DNA from: Lama glama
Lineage: Eukaryota
DNA length: 64,000 nt
Direction: 5' to 3'
Assembly: GCA_028534125.1 (NCBI GenBank)
Contig: CM052817.1
Location: 87,670,001-87,734,000, forward strand
Positions 49,355 to 61,927 of the stretch are shown one piece after another. Each line of letters starts with the position of its first letter. Within the stretch, counting starts at the first letter, position 1. The notes beneath the pieces were generated by a model, which saw nothing but the letters and a program-made list of their open reading frames with translations, was not told the DNA's origin and did not search any database. The position numbers and the translations under genes were made by a program.

Positions 49355-50200
49355 TGAAATATTTACAGACAAATAGAAAAAATTTATACCAACTCTATTA
49401 AAAAAAATATTTCAGATGAAAGGGCCACTTTAAGGTCCCTTGATGTATTTAAAAAACAGTGAAATAATAGAAAGAAAACTTCTATGACCTGAAGATTTAA
49501 GTCTTCAGATCAATAGTATTCAAGCAATGCAAGAAAAATATAATTAAGAAATTTACAAATTCATCCATCATGTACTCATTTATTCAATAAATATCCTAGT
49601 TATTGAAAATATGTCCATGAACAAAACAGATCAAATTTCCTACCTCCATGGAGCTTAAATGCTAGTAAAGGCAGATATGATATGTTAGTAAATTATATAT
49701 TAGAAAATAATAAATGCTAAGGAGAAAATAACTTAAAAAATGCTGGAAGTAGAAAATGTTCATTTCCACTCTTAAACCATATGGTCAGGGAAGATCTGCT
49801 TAAAACTGCAATATTAAGGCCAAGGCTGGACAATGTGATGGAGGGGATGTATATGTCTAAGAGAAAGTATTCCATGTATAAACATTACTGGTTTGTTCCA
49901 TTTCAAAATGTATAACCTTATCTTAAGGTTTTTAATATCAGTAAAAGATTTTTAAAAATCATAGATAAACCTAAGCAGAAAAGCAGAATTTCTAACAAAG
50001 GGTAATGCAAAATATCATACTCTCCCTTTTCAAGTACAAATACAGAATAGTATAGAACAATATTTATCAAGTCTAGAAGAGGGAAAGTTTTTATACAGAA
50101 TTCTCATTCAGCCAAGAGTGCCATTCAGTTTTGACAAATCTGAAAATCATTTTGCTCATGTTTTCAGAGTTCAGAAATTATCTTATTAAATATCTTACCT
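49355..50200 (+). mobile_element. Degraded L1 ORF1/HAL1-like fragment interrupted by an antisense L2 (49561-49880)
   Basis: GAAGATTTAAGTCTTCAGATCAA and AGAATTCTCATTCAGCCAAG resemble ORF1-region motifs. The insert starts TCATTTATTCAATAAATAT...CCTACCTCCATGGAGCTTA (L2). Confidence 0.45.
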
Positions 50201-50802
50201 AAAAAAAAACCCAAATATATATTAAACAAAATAGATTGAAAGTTGAATCTCATGAGAGATCCAAAGAATGAGAAACTTATGATTTAGGGGAAAAAAGAGA
50301 AAAACATGTGGAAGATGAAAAGATGTTTCCTTTTTAACTAAACAATTATTTTGAATATATAATACAACAATGTCAATGTCAAAATTATTTTTAAAGTTAA
50401 AAAAGTTTTGTTTTGTCATCACTTAGTTCTCTGGTGGCACATATTTATGGGTGACATTTCCTTACATTCCTGATTATCACTGTCTTAGTTGTATTTTGAA
50501 ATTCAGAAAAAGAAAAAAAAAACACGTAACTGTGATAAATTAAATGCATCTTTTGTAATATCTTCCTTGCAATGGTAATTTCATTAAATTATGGTGCATT
50601 ATGTTGCTACCAGTCTTTGCCTCCTTAAACCAAATTTAATGCTTGCCATTGCTTGCACCACCCAGATAATTTTTAAAGTCCAAAGGACAAGGAACCAGGA
50701 TGCTAATCCTGGCAAGACCTGTTTTGCTTTCTTTGTGTTTGAACCCTTAGTCTGTTGATAAACACACACACACAAGGGTATATTTGTATATATGTACATA
50801 CA

Positions 50803-51272
50803 TGTATATATTATCTATTGTTTCTATAACAAATTACTGTAAACTTAGTGGCTTAAAGCAACACCAATTTATTTTCTTGAGGACAGAAATCTAAAATGAG
50901 TCTGCAAGGATGCAATGTATCCACTCTCAAGGCTTTAGGAGAGAATCCATTTCCTTATACTTCTAGCTTCTAGAGGCTGCCTAAATTCCTTGGCTTGTGG
51001 TTCTATCATATTTGAAGCCAGCAGCATAGCATCTTCAAACCCTCTCTGACTTTGCTTTCATTTTCATACCTCCTTCTCTAATTGACACTCATGCTTCCCT
51101 TTACAAAGACTCTTGATTATAATGGGCCCATCCAGATAACCCAAATAATCCAGGATAATCAAAATCCTTAATTTAGATATATCCTCAAAGTCCTTTTGCC
51201 ATGTAAACTAATATATATTCACAGGTTATGGAGATTAGGACATGAACATTTGGGGCCATTATTTAGCCTAAT
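50803..51272 (-). mobile_element. MLT1C-like MaLR solo LTR
   Basis: ATAACAAATTACTGTAAACTTAGTGGCTTAAAGCAACA...CTAGCTTCTAGAGGCTGCC...ATAATCCAGGATAATC...AAAGTCCTTTTGCCATGTAA...GATTAGGACATG. Confidence 0.88.
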
Positions 51273-54200
51273 CTGTGTATTTGTGTATGTGTATCAAGGT
51301 ATCCTAGTTACAGTGTACAAATTCATCATTTAAGTTCTTTTTTTTTTTTTTTTTGCTAATGGGCTATAGCCTATTTTACAGATAAAAAATTAAGTGAACA
51401 TTGATTTCTTGATACCTTGGGAAGAACTGCCGCTAGAAAATTCAAATGGACAATTAACCAGTGAATATGGACAATTAGCTGTTCTATATATAGAATGCAA
51501 CAATTCTACAAATTTCTATTCTTGGAGTTAATTAATATAGATGCATATGATTCCCCAACTTTTACCTATAAAAGTAAAAACAGATCTATGCAATAAAAAA
51601 CACACTGAGAGCTTAAAGAATTTATCTAAGAGAGAAGATATAAAATTTTCAGAACAGATTTTAGGCTTTTCTTAGCTTTTAGAAACCTCCAAATCCCCTT
51701 CTAGCATGCAGAAAGTGCTCCTTGAGCAATTTCAACTTCTCAAATGCTTTCATCCAAGAAAAGTTTGTGGAGATTTTTGCCTGCAGGCATGAAAAGCACT
51801 AAATCCTGTAGTACAAAATACCACTTAGGCTTCTGAGTTTTTCACCACTGTATTCAGGGAACTCTCATCGAGCAGCATTCTAAAATAACTTTGGGCAAGA
51901 TGAGATAGTATTTAAATACACACAGAAATTGTCATTTTGAAAAGCTTTCAAAAGCAACTAACTCTAATTACTAACACCAATAAAGTAAGAACTACCTATA
52001 ATCATGGAGGTGATCTGTAAAAGGAAATAGGTCCTAAGAAAAATACTGCAGTAACACCAAGGGGAAGCAGACTAGAGGGCAAAGGAAGATATGGTTTAGT
52101 CTGACATCCTCAAACACATGTAGATGATTATCATCATCATCAGGATTGGTATTGATATTACAGATCAGCTTCTGAAATGATAATTACCAACAATCATGTG
52201 CTAGAACCTGAGAGCGTGGAAGCTGTCTGGAGGCAGGTGTAGTGAACTGTGGAGAGAGGGTATTAGCAAACGACTGCATTGTTAGGGCAACACTGCAGCA
52301 TTCTGTACATCATAAGCTGAAGGTGGTTATCAGTAGACACTGGAGTGCAAGTGCTGGAGGAAAAATAAAATTAAAAGAATGCACTCTGATCAAACAGTAT
52401 ATCTGCTTTATGGGCAAAACTGAGAAGACAGAAGATCTGAAAATAGCAGTAAATGTGTACATGTAGATTTTTCTTTACATATGGGGAAAGGAATCTTGTA
52501 TTTTTTATTTTGTGTAGAACACATGGGGGAAAAAAGCACAAGGGCACGCAGAATAAATGAGAAAAATGAGACAACAGAAAGAATAAATTCTCAAGTGACT
52601 TGGCTAAGCAAATTTAAATGCCTGGCTGTGTTCTTTAAAAAGTATATAGGTTTGTTCTGTTTGCTTCCTTTCCTTTGGATTTTGGTCAGCACTTATTATT
52701 CATTTTCTGCTATTAAGCACAGTTTTTGTTTGTTCATTTTTATTTTTATTTAAGTAAGTGAATCCTTTTAGGGTCAGTCTTCAGACGTTTACATTCACAT
52801 GTCCAGTGAGGCACAGATGATTTTTTCCTAAAGCAAACTGGCAGAGGTGATGAACATTTGCTTTTTCTTTAGGTCATTTAGTAGCTAGCTACCTTGTAGA
52901 ATTAGATAGTTCTTAACACATTGTTGGACTCTAAAAATGTAATATAGTTACGCGTGACAGGATTTGGGATCACTCACTAAGAAAAGTGACTGTCAAATTA
53001 CATTCTTCTAAGATGCCCCTTATTCATTTTACAATTTTTGTGCTGAAATTTTTAGCACAACCTTTTCTAGTACTGGTAAGCTTAGACATGAGAAAAATCT
53101 GACTTCCACCTTGTATGCACATCATCCTGACACCCGATTTTCCTAAGGGGATTCAAGATTGCACAAAGCTGCCATGTTGTTACAGTCCTTCATGAAAGAT
53201 CGCCTGAAGTGATGTCACAACATCAGACATTCAGCTCTAGTTGACACTGAAACATCACTTACAGAAAACAGTTGCTTTGGGCGTATTTTTATTTGAGCTG
53301 TGACAACTCCATCTAATCACCTAAATGACATTACCTGTGGAAATAACATTAATCAATATCTTATTCTATTTCTCTTGCTATTTATTTAATTATTCATTAC
53401 CTATCCAGTTTCCTACTTTATTTTTCAGATTTCTACTTTTAGTATTATATTGAAAATTCATACAGAATGATTTCATTCCTTATCGTCAATAGCAGAGTGA
53501 CAAAGAATCTTCATTCTCAAAATCAACACAACTACCATAAGAGAGAATTTTGAAAGCTTCCTTTAACAACTATAGTTTAAGTCAACTTATGTAACAAAAG
53601 AAACTAGCACACATTTCAATGATCTAAAATAAATGTTTGCAAGAGCAACAAAGAGGATTAAAGAGGAAATGTAGAGGAGACAAATCAAGACATACATGAA
53701 GAGAAGTAAATTTTTAAATGTAGAATATTTCCTTGTGTACTAAGGTAACTGCATTTACAGTTCTTCTTATTACTGTAAGATACAAGGAAGGTTGATGCAA
53801 TATTCTTGAAATATTGGCCTCCCAAACCATTTCTTACCTCATCTGGCTTTGTTTCCTTCAAAAAGTTATTTTTTTCCAACAACTCTGAAGTGTACTGCTG
53901 TGCCAGTTCTTATTAAGCAAATTTTGAGAATATTCCACGCAGTGTTGCTCTTTATGATTGTTTTATATATCTTCTAGGTGAAAAGCCTTCTACTACATTA
54001 TTCTAAGGAAGAGAAAAAGTTTCTGACATCCCCATCACATTTCTCTTACTGACAGTCCCAATAGGGCCTCACACTGCTGCCTTATTTTCTCTCCTGACAG
54101 CAAGCCAAGCCAGCCACCAATTCAAATGACAGAGAGGGTGGTGAAATGGGGGAGGGGGAGAGGGGTGAGAGGTAGATTTAAATAATAGCTTGAAAATATT

Positions 54201-54419
54201 TCCCATAGCACAAAATATAATATGCCATAGATTAAAAGTGTATTTGAAATGTTTTGGCTAAAATGTCTAATTCTAGTCTAATTCTAATTACTATTATGAC
54301 AAATCACCTCAGATTATCTCTTCTTCCACTGCCCTATATAATTCTACCTATTATTATTTGATATTATAGGTATTATCACTTCATTTCAGGAAAAATGAAT
54401 GGCAGAATGTCCCAAAATT

Positions 54420-55047
54420 TGTACCCAGGGGATTTTAATTCATGGAGGGACTGAGTGATGACATGAAGAGATCAATACCATCGAAGGAAGATTTTTATTT
54501 ATTGCTTGGGTTTCCTAAGAAAGGGGGCCTGCTAGACTGCAGAGGGCACTATAGGGATTCACTCAGTTTAGTTAGGAGGCAGAAGCGGGAGCAAGGGGGA
54601 ACTCAAAATCAAAACTTTTAGTATTGGGGTTTCTGTGGAAATGCAAGTCAGGGCCGGGTATACAGTTTGGCACTGGTTAGTTTGAATACTTCCTTCGGCC
54701 TTCGGCCTATAGGAGTGGTCTCTAGTTATCTGATACCTGGCCCTCGGATGATTTCGGGCAGAGTATAGTATGTTGATTTGGTGTGTGAAAGAACAAAGAA
54801 CGATGAGGAGATGTTTGGGGCTACAGACTCAGGACTGACTGGTTTGTAGGCGGAAGGCTTGCTCAGAGGCAAGCTGTTATTATCTTTAGGACTCAGCTAG
54901 CCCTAGGAGTGGCAGTCTCTTCTTGGGTCTGTTAAGGTCCCAAATGCCAGAGGATTAAGAATGCAGAAAATGAAAAATTGTGTTAATATAACTGGCCCTG
55001 TGATGAATGAATGCCAGATGGAGAAATACTGAATCTAAGAAATCACA
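54420..55047 (-). mobile_element. MER74-like ERVL solo LTR
   Basis: TG...CA termini. GCTAGCCCTAGGAGTGGCAGTC...AAGGTCCCAAATG...AAGAATGCAGAAAATGAAAAA...GTTAATATAACTGGCCCTGTGATGAATG...AATCTAAGAAATCACA matches the recalled MER74 5' end in reverse. No TSD seen. Confidence 0.7.
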
Positions 55048-55727
55048 GAAGACAGGACAGTCAGTAAAAATTCAGACATTGAAAAGATCACTAGGAAAGG
55101 CAGGTTTTGGGTTGGTTTTTAAAGCCAGATTTGGTGGTTCCTACAGTGATCAAACCATCAGTGTAATATCAGGAAAAATAAGGATTTTGTTTTTCTTTTT
55201 CATATTTAAAGGAGGCACAACTAAAATAAGAAAGTACGTGGCCTAAAAATATGTCCCTATATTTAATGGTTACAATTGAAAAACATATGTATTTCACTAC
55301 ATAATTATGTTGAATAGTCATGGATGCAGGAACACTGATTTCCTGGTCTTAAAAAAATAACAATACAAACAAAAACCTCTACACTAACCTCTGAAATTAG
55401 AACTGTAAATACACATTAGGGAAAACATTTCATTTGCTAATAATTTTATAATTATTTATACAGTACTAATCCCTTCAGCTTTCTGTTTTCCTCCAGTGTC
55501 TTACCTACAATTATCTGTACATACCCATTTGTTCTTTCTCCCCAGAAACAGGCAGCCCTTCATTCCAAAGCAACCTCCACTATCTGTGCTCTAGATCTCA
55601 TCAAGATTTTCTCTCATGAGAATTTTTCCTCTATTCTGAGTTTCATGTATTATTAATATACTCTGCAAATATTTATTGGGTTCTTACTCTGTTATTGGCT
55701 TTATCTAGGCTTTGGAGACATGGCATC

Positions 55728-56044
55728 TATAGTCATTTGAGTGGTAGCCCCCCAAAGATATGTCTACCAGGAACTTATAAACATGATTTTGGTTGGAAAA
55801 AGTGTATTTGCAGGTATAATTAAATTAAAGGTCTCAAAATGAGATTATGCCAGGTTACCAGGGTGCGTCCTAAATCCAGTAACAGTTGTCTTTATGAGAA
55901 GAGAAGACACAGAGGGAGGAAGAAGACCAAATGAAGAAGGAAACAGAGATTGGAGTTATATGGCTTTAAGCCAAAGAACACACGGAGACACAAGAAGCTA
56001 GAAGAGGCAGAGGATTCTCTCCAAAAGTCTTTGGAAAGCTGTGC
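55728..56044 (+). mobile_element. MLT1B-like MaLR LTR, 3'-truncated
   Basis: CCCCCAAAGATATGTC...TGGAAAAAGTGTATTTGCAG...CCTAAATCCAGTAACAG...CAGAGATTGGAGT...AGAAGCTAGAAGAGGCA. Confidence 0.85.
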
Positions 56045-56045
56045 T

Positions 56046-56105
56046 TTAGATTGAACCATATGAAATTGCAGATCTTATCATTGTTGCCTATAGAAATGGT
56101 AATTT
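56046..56105. mobile_element. MADE2-like mariner MITE, one TIR truncated
   Basis: TTAGATTGAACCATATGAAATTGC...CCTATAGAAATGGTAATTT versus recalled MADE2 TTAGGTTGAACCATATGAAATTGCC...ATGGCAATTTCATATGG. Confidence 0.7.
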
Positions 56106-57254
56106 ATTTTTTATATTTTTTTACCTTATTTCCTTTATTGTTCTTTTTCTCACAGCATTACCCAATGCCACACTCTTTTTACAGAGAAAGGGCAATTCCT
56201 TATTGCTTTAACAGAATATAAGCTTGCTCTAACTTTATATACTCTATAAATATTTATCAATACTCTGTAATTATATAAAATACTACATAAATAACTATAT
56301 ATAAATACACTAACTTAATTAGATTTGGCTAGAGATAATTTTTTGAATCAGAAGGCCATCTAAATGCTTTAAATACAAAGAGAAAATTCATAAGGTGAGA
56401 AGAGGTTTGGCAAACAGTTATTTAAGGTGCAAGCAGATGAAAAGATGGCACTATCTGGGGGACTGAGAAGGAGCAGTCAACAGCAGGAGTCAAAACAGTA
56501 AAACAACTGATGTGAACAGTCCCACAAATAGGTTACAATAAGGTGGGTTTCAAATATATTCTAGCTGTTAACAACTTATCTATATCATACAAGGAAGGCA
56601 GTTCAATTAACTTATATTACTATGAACCAAAGACAAATTGTGACAACAGAAATAAGACCATTTTGCCAGCTTACAAATGAAAAAAAAAAACTATGCAAAA
56701 ACAATTTACATTATACAAAATTAAAAAATTTATTTTGGAAGATATTAGTTATTTTAGGCATTACATACATTAAGATATAGACCACCATACGTCCTATAGT
56801 ATGCTATCTCACATGTGATTGTGCTATTTATATAGATCAATATAGATCTACACCAATATAGATGGTAGCTAGAAGCTATTCTTTTAGCAAGTCTGTTACT
56901 CATCCCTTTATTTTTTTAAATCTCCTCTCCAATTCCCCCTCTCTATGATAAACTCACCTACTAAAGAATACAACTCACTTAGCTAAGTATCAGTATAAAA
57001 TCATGTCATTAAGGGCTATTTTAACTTACAAGAGTCTACAGTGTTTGTGGGAATACCTTCTTAAAGAAACCAGAAGTTTTTGAAGTAAAAATGATCAAGT
57101 AATTTTTACATATTTTATTTAAAATATACTTACATTACTTATTTTATAGTTTAATGACTACATTTTAAAGATTTTACACTTTTTAAACAAAGAACACAAT
57201 TTTAAAATGTATAGCTGTAAGAGCAGAAGTTAACATAATTCCAGCAAGGTTACT

Positions 57255-57527
57255 GTTGTTAAGCTTTTGCAGTGGGAGTTTGAAAGGCTGAAGGGTTAAT
57301 AAGTAATGTTCAAAAAAAAGTTGTCAGAGATCATCTGAAAACAACTAGAGAAAAAAAATCCCAGAGATAGTCACAGTTTTATAGCGAGGGCTAATAAAAG
57401 AAAGAAAACAAGGACAAAAATTGTCCCTTACAGGTCAGATATCTACAGAGGAAATTAAGGTGAGAGGAAACCCTCCTTACCACCAAGAGGGAGCTATAAA
57501 ATCACAACTGATTAGATTACAGTTTCA
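57255..57527 (-). mobile_element. Probable ERV LTR fragment
   Basis: The minus strand begins TGAAACTGTAATCTAATC (LTR-like TG start) and carries a CTATAAAA TATA box (TTTTATAG at 57377). Family not recognised. Confidence 0.4.
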
Positions 57528-57534
57528 AGTTTTA

Positions 57535-59340
57535 AGCCACAGACATTTTATCTTTACTCTGTGGATTTCTCTACTGTGGAATTTCAGATGAAATGAACTA
57601 TATTATGTGGTCTTTGGTGGCTGGCTCCTTTCACTATGCAGAGAGTTTTCAACGTTCATTATGTTGTAGCATGTATCAGTATCTCCTTCCATTTTATGTC
57701 CAAATAATACTCCATCAAAGGGATACAACACACTTGTGTATCCCTTCTTCTGTTGGTTCAGCACTTCAATTGTCTTCACCCTTGCCTATCATGGATACTA
57801 TAACCATAAACATTCACACACAAGTTTCTGGTTTAGAAATATGGTTTCATTTTTTCCTGGGCATATGACTAGCTGCAAAATTGTTGAGTCATATGATTAT
57901 ATCTAGGTCTGATAATTTAAGAAACAGCAAGACTGTTTTCTAAAGCACTTGTACCACTTTACATTGCCAATAGCAGAACATGAGTGTTTTGATTCTTCCA
58001 CATCTTTGCCAACATTGTTGTTATGTGACTTTTTTGACTCTAGCCATCCTAGTGAGTATGAAGTGGTATTTCCCTGTGATTTTTATTTGCATTTTCTGAT
58101 GACTAATGATAGTGAATATCCCTTCATCAGCACATTGACTATTTGTATACCTTCCATGGAAAAATGGCTACTCAGATCCCCCTGCCCATTTTTAATTAGA
58201 TTATTTATATTTTTATTATTGTACTGTAAGAGTTCTTTATATCTTCTAGATACGAATCCCTTATCATACACACAGTTTACAACGATTCTTTCCTATTCTG
58301 GATTGTCTTCTCACTTTCTTGATGTTGTCCTTTGAAGAACAAAACTTAAATTTTTATGAAGTTTAATTTATCTATTTTTTCCATATGTTGCTAATGTTTT
58401 TAGTGTCATATCTAGGATACTTTTGCCAAATTCAATGCTATAGATTTACCCCTATGTTTCCTTCTAAAAAGCTTACAGTTTTTATTACATTTCTGTATTA
58501 GATTCTTTTTGAGTTATTTTTTGTATGTGGTGTTACGTAAAGGACCAATGCCATTCTTTTACATCCAGTGTCCTAGCACCATCTGTTGAAATGACTGTAT
58601 TTCCCCCATTGGATGGTCTTGTTACTCTTGTCAAAAAATCAACTGAGCAGACACAAACTACTATATACAAAATAGATAAGTAACAAGGTCCTACTGTATA
58701 GCACAAGAAACTATACTCAATATCCTGTAATAAACCAAAGTAGAAAAGAGTATGAAAAAGAATGTGTGTGTGTATATATATATATATATATACACTGAAT
58801 CACTGGTGTACAACAGAAACTAATACAACATTGCAAATCAACTATACTTCAATAAAATTTTTTAAAAAATCAATCAATCACAGATGTATGGGTTTATTTT
58901 TAGACTCCTAATTCATTGATCTTTAGCTCTAAGCTTGTACCAATTACCCTGACTTGATTATCATTTCTTTGTAATCAATTTTGAAATGGAGATGTATGAA
59001 TCTTCCTACTTTATTCTTTGTTTTCAAGATTGTTTTGGCTATTTGAGTCCCTTGCAATTCTTATGAATTTTAGAATCATCTTGTCAATTTCTACAAAAAA
59101 GTCAGGTGGGATTCTGATAGAGATTACATTAAATTTGTAGATTAGTTTAGGGTATATTGCCATTTTAACAATATTACGTCTTCCAATTAATAAACATAGG
59201 ATAATTTCCCATTTAGATATTTAATTTTTTAAAACAATAGTTTATAATTTTCAGGGTATAAATTTTGTATTTTTGTTAATTTATTTCTAAGTATTTTATT
59301 TTTTGATGTACTTGTGAATAAAACTGTTCATTAATTTTAT
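57535..59340 (-). mobile_element. Old L1 (L1MB-like): 3' UTR plus ORF2 C-terminal region, decayed
   Basis: ORF 58083..58271(-) YDKGFVSRRYKELLQYNNK..NNLIK..DLSSHFSMEGIQIVN..MKGYSLSLVIR matches the L1 ORF2 C-terminus (DKGLISRIYKELLQ...DLNRHFSKEDIQMANKHMK). Antisense ORF2 DNA continues to ~59340. Confidence 0.92.
58643..58863 (+). mobile_element. Younger cetartiodactyl-type L1 3' tail nested in the older L1
   Basis: CAAACTACTATATA...AACAAGGTCCTACTGTATAGCACA...(TG)n(TA)n...CTGAATCACT...AAATCAACTATACTTCAATAAAA. TSD AAAAAATCAA at 58633-58642 and 58864-58873. Confidence 0.9.
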
Positions 59341-59659
59341 CTGTGAAGTAATTGATCCAAGGCATATTTTTGTACAAAAGCCCAGAATTATTAACTATGC
59401 AATATATTATTTTAGTTATAGTTTTCAGTTGCTTCTGAATAAAATTTTACATTTAAAAAATTGTTAAGTAAATATTGAATTTTTTTAAATGACCATTTTT
59501 TTCTCTTTTGATTCCATACTTATTTCCTGGAACATTTTATAAAATGTTAGAAAATAATTAACACATTATCTAAAGATAACTACAAACATTTTGGTGTACT
59601 GTCATTCAATTCCTTGATATAGAGATAAAATAAAAGAAACGTATGGATGTAATATATAA

Positions 59660-60025
59660 AAAAATACATGGATATAAATGTTAATGCACATAGATAAAAC
59701 TTTGTATTCTGCATTTTGGCTTATTTTAATATCAGAACATATTTTACTAATTAAAATTCTTGAAAAATGTCACTTTTGAAGAGGATATTCTATTCTACAT
59801 GAATAGGTGGCATTAAGTCATTTACATACAGGACAAAGTTAAGTTGCTTTCAAATTTTACTATTATACTACTATTAGGATGAAAATCCTATTATTTCTGA
59901 TAGTTTTGTGAAAACTTCATTTTTCACCATGACACAGAAGTAAAATTATTGGGCCAAACATATAAAAATAATTTCTTCTAAAAATATAATTTTTCTGTAT
60001 TTAATTGAAGTATGCACTCCCCCAA
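59660..60025 (-). mobile_element. Very old L1 (L1ME-like) 3' fragment
   Basis: TGTATTCTGCATTTT...TATTCTATT...TTAAGTTGCTTTCAAATTTTACTATTATA...AGAAGTAAAATTATTGGGCCAAA. Confidence 0.5.
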
Positions 60026-60039
60026 ATTTACCTTAACCT

Positions 60040-60420
60040 TAATTTAGTTCCCAGACTTTTTTCAGAATTTTCTACTTCCTATATCCAATAAAAATAAAGT
60101 ATCTATTATTTTCTATAGATTTATGACACTTTCTTGCTGATTATTACTCTTCCAGCATTGCCTTTCTCCCACATTATATCCTATTTCTTCGAAGTCTATT
60201 TCAAAATAAAAACATCTCTGCTACAAAATTTTCCATAATTTTCTTTGCCCTAAATAACTTCTGTAATACTTTTGTCTCTCTTCATCCTGGCGTTGAGTTA
60301 TCGGGGCCTCTTTCTTTTGTTCACTTCCAAACCATTATTTCCACATTATTTGTGTCACTATCAATGCATAATTTCTGCATGCATAAAAAAAATCTCAAGT
60401 ACTTATTGAACAAATAAATT
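60040..60420 (+). mobile_element. L2 3' fragment
   Basis: TACTCTTCCAGCATTGCCTTTCTCCCC...CTTCGAAGTCTATTTCAAA...CTCAAGTACTTATTGAACAAATAAAT. Confidence 0.5.
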
Positions 60421-61834
60421 AATTACATCTGTATGCTGCACAAAATTGCAAAGGGGCTTTGATCTTATAGTACATCCTACTTGTGATAATTCATTCCGCA
60501 GCAAGTAAACAACTTGTAAAAAGGGAAAACATGTAAATTGATTTTGTTAATGTGAACCATGTGAATGTTAGTACATGTTCATTGAATCGTTTGTTAGGAT
60601 GTTCTCAAAATCAGGACACTGTGAAATCAACTGTAGCAAGATGCTCAGTATTTAAATCTCACTAATGATAGAATTTAGTCTTGCATTTATGATTTATTCA
60701 TCTTTGAATAGTAATTGTATTTGGTAATAATATCTAAATATCTATATTGAAATAAGTTAGTATATACATAATTAATTGGAGGAGGAGGTTAGAAATCAAT
60801 ATTTATAAACTATGATATTCCCTGTTTCCTGTTGCAAATATTTGTAATAAATTTGTCAGAAGAAATCTATCTTGGACTCATGATTTGAGGGAGAAAAAAC
60901 ATCAAAACTTATTATTTCACTTACAAGGGCACAAAATTGTTTTATTTTCAAGAGAAGAATGAACTTTTTAAAAATATAAACTTCCATTTATATACAATTT
61001 TGTTTTGAGTTTCGCCACATCAGTCATTCCTCCCTAACTTCTATGTATGGAGTTTACTCTCTGGTGGAATGAAGTAATTAATTTGAAGAGGGAATACATG
61101 CAAAATCAGAATTTCATAAGATAAAAATCTCTTTACTCATCTGTAAAATTGCTCCCTTCATCAAAAAAGAGAAGGGATGCAAACAATCCAGGAGACAGCT
61201 CCATGAGGCGTGAAGATATAAAGAATACATGTTTAAAAATAAACAAAGGGGAAAATGTTCCCTACCTGTAATATTACCATCCATATAGAAATATATTTGG
61301 ACACTAAATGACACTAAGGAATGTAATATTCCTGATTCCAATTTTGTTTTTATTATTTAGTTTCTAACTTCTGACTCTCATTAATTAGGCTCTTCCTTTT
61401 ACTCTAATTTATACTTCTAGGAAAAGAATTGTTATATGTAACAAAGTTTTTTATAAAGTGTTCTTGTGCTTGTTTTATAGACACAACTCCAATTCCTTTC
61501 TGAGCAGACAAAAATCTACAATAGTTTATTTGCTAAAAAGAACAAATAATGAAGGTTATGAAGGAAAAGAAGACACATAAATATACAAAGAAAAAGCAGA
61601 ATTGTATATATTATAAGCAAAGGATGTGCCATAAACATAGGTTTGATTTGTAAATGTCCTATGGCCAAAACCAGAGCACTTCTCTGTAAAATATAATATA
61701 TACAAACCTTATCTCATGTTTTTCTTTAAATCTAAATTACATTGATTGATTGATGGACAGGTGGATGGATTTTTGTTGATATTGTTTAGATTTATCTCTT
61801 CAAGCATAGTCAGGTCAATTGATGCCAAACATCT

Positions 61835-61927
61835 TTTCTTTTAATTGAAATATATTTGTCATATCACATTGTGCAAATTAAGGTGTACAAAATGTAATTA
61901 GATACACTGATATACTGTAATACGATT
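61835..61927 (-). mobile_element. ~93-bp L1 (L1MA-like) 3' tail with degenerate TSD
   Basis: TTTTAATTGAAATATATTTG.CATA...ATTGTG.AAATTAAGGTGTACAA. Flanked by CAAACATCT (61826-61834) and CAAACTTCT (61928-61936). Confidence 0.75.

Noticed and set aside
33432..54707. Scattered 7-11 bp tandem duplications (e.g. CTATAACCTA x2 at 33432, AATATCCTC x2 at ~43206, CCTTCGG x2 at ~54692)
   Set aside because: Ordinary slippage products with no periodic array; not CRISPR-like or satellite.
57949..58335. Longest ORF (128 aa, + strand)
   Set aside because: It is the antisense reading of a decayed L1 ORF2.
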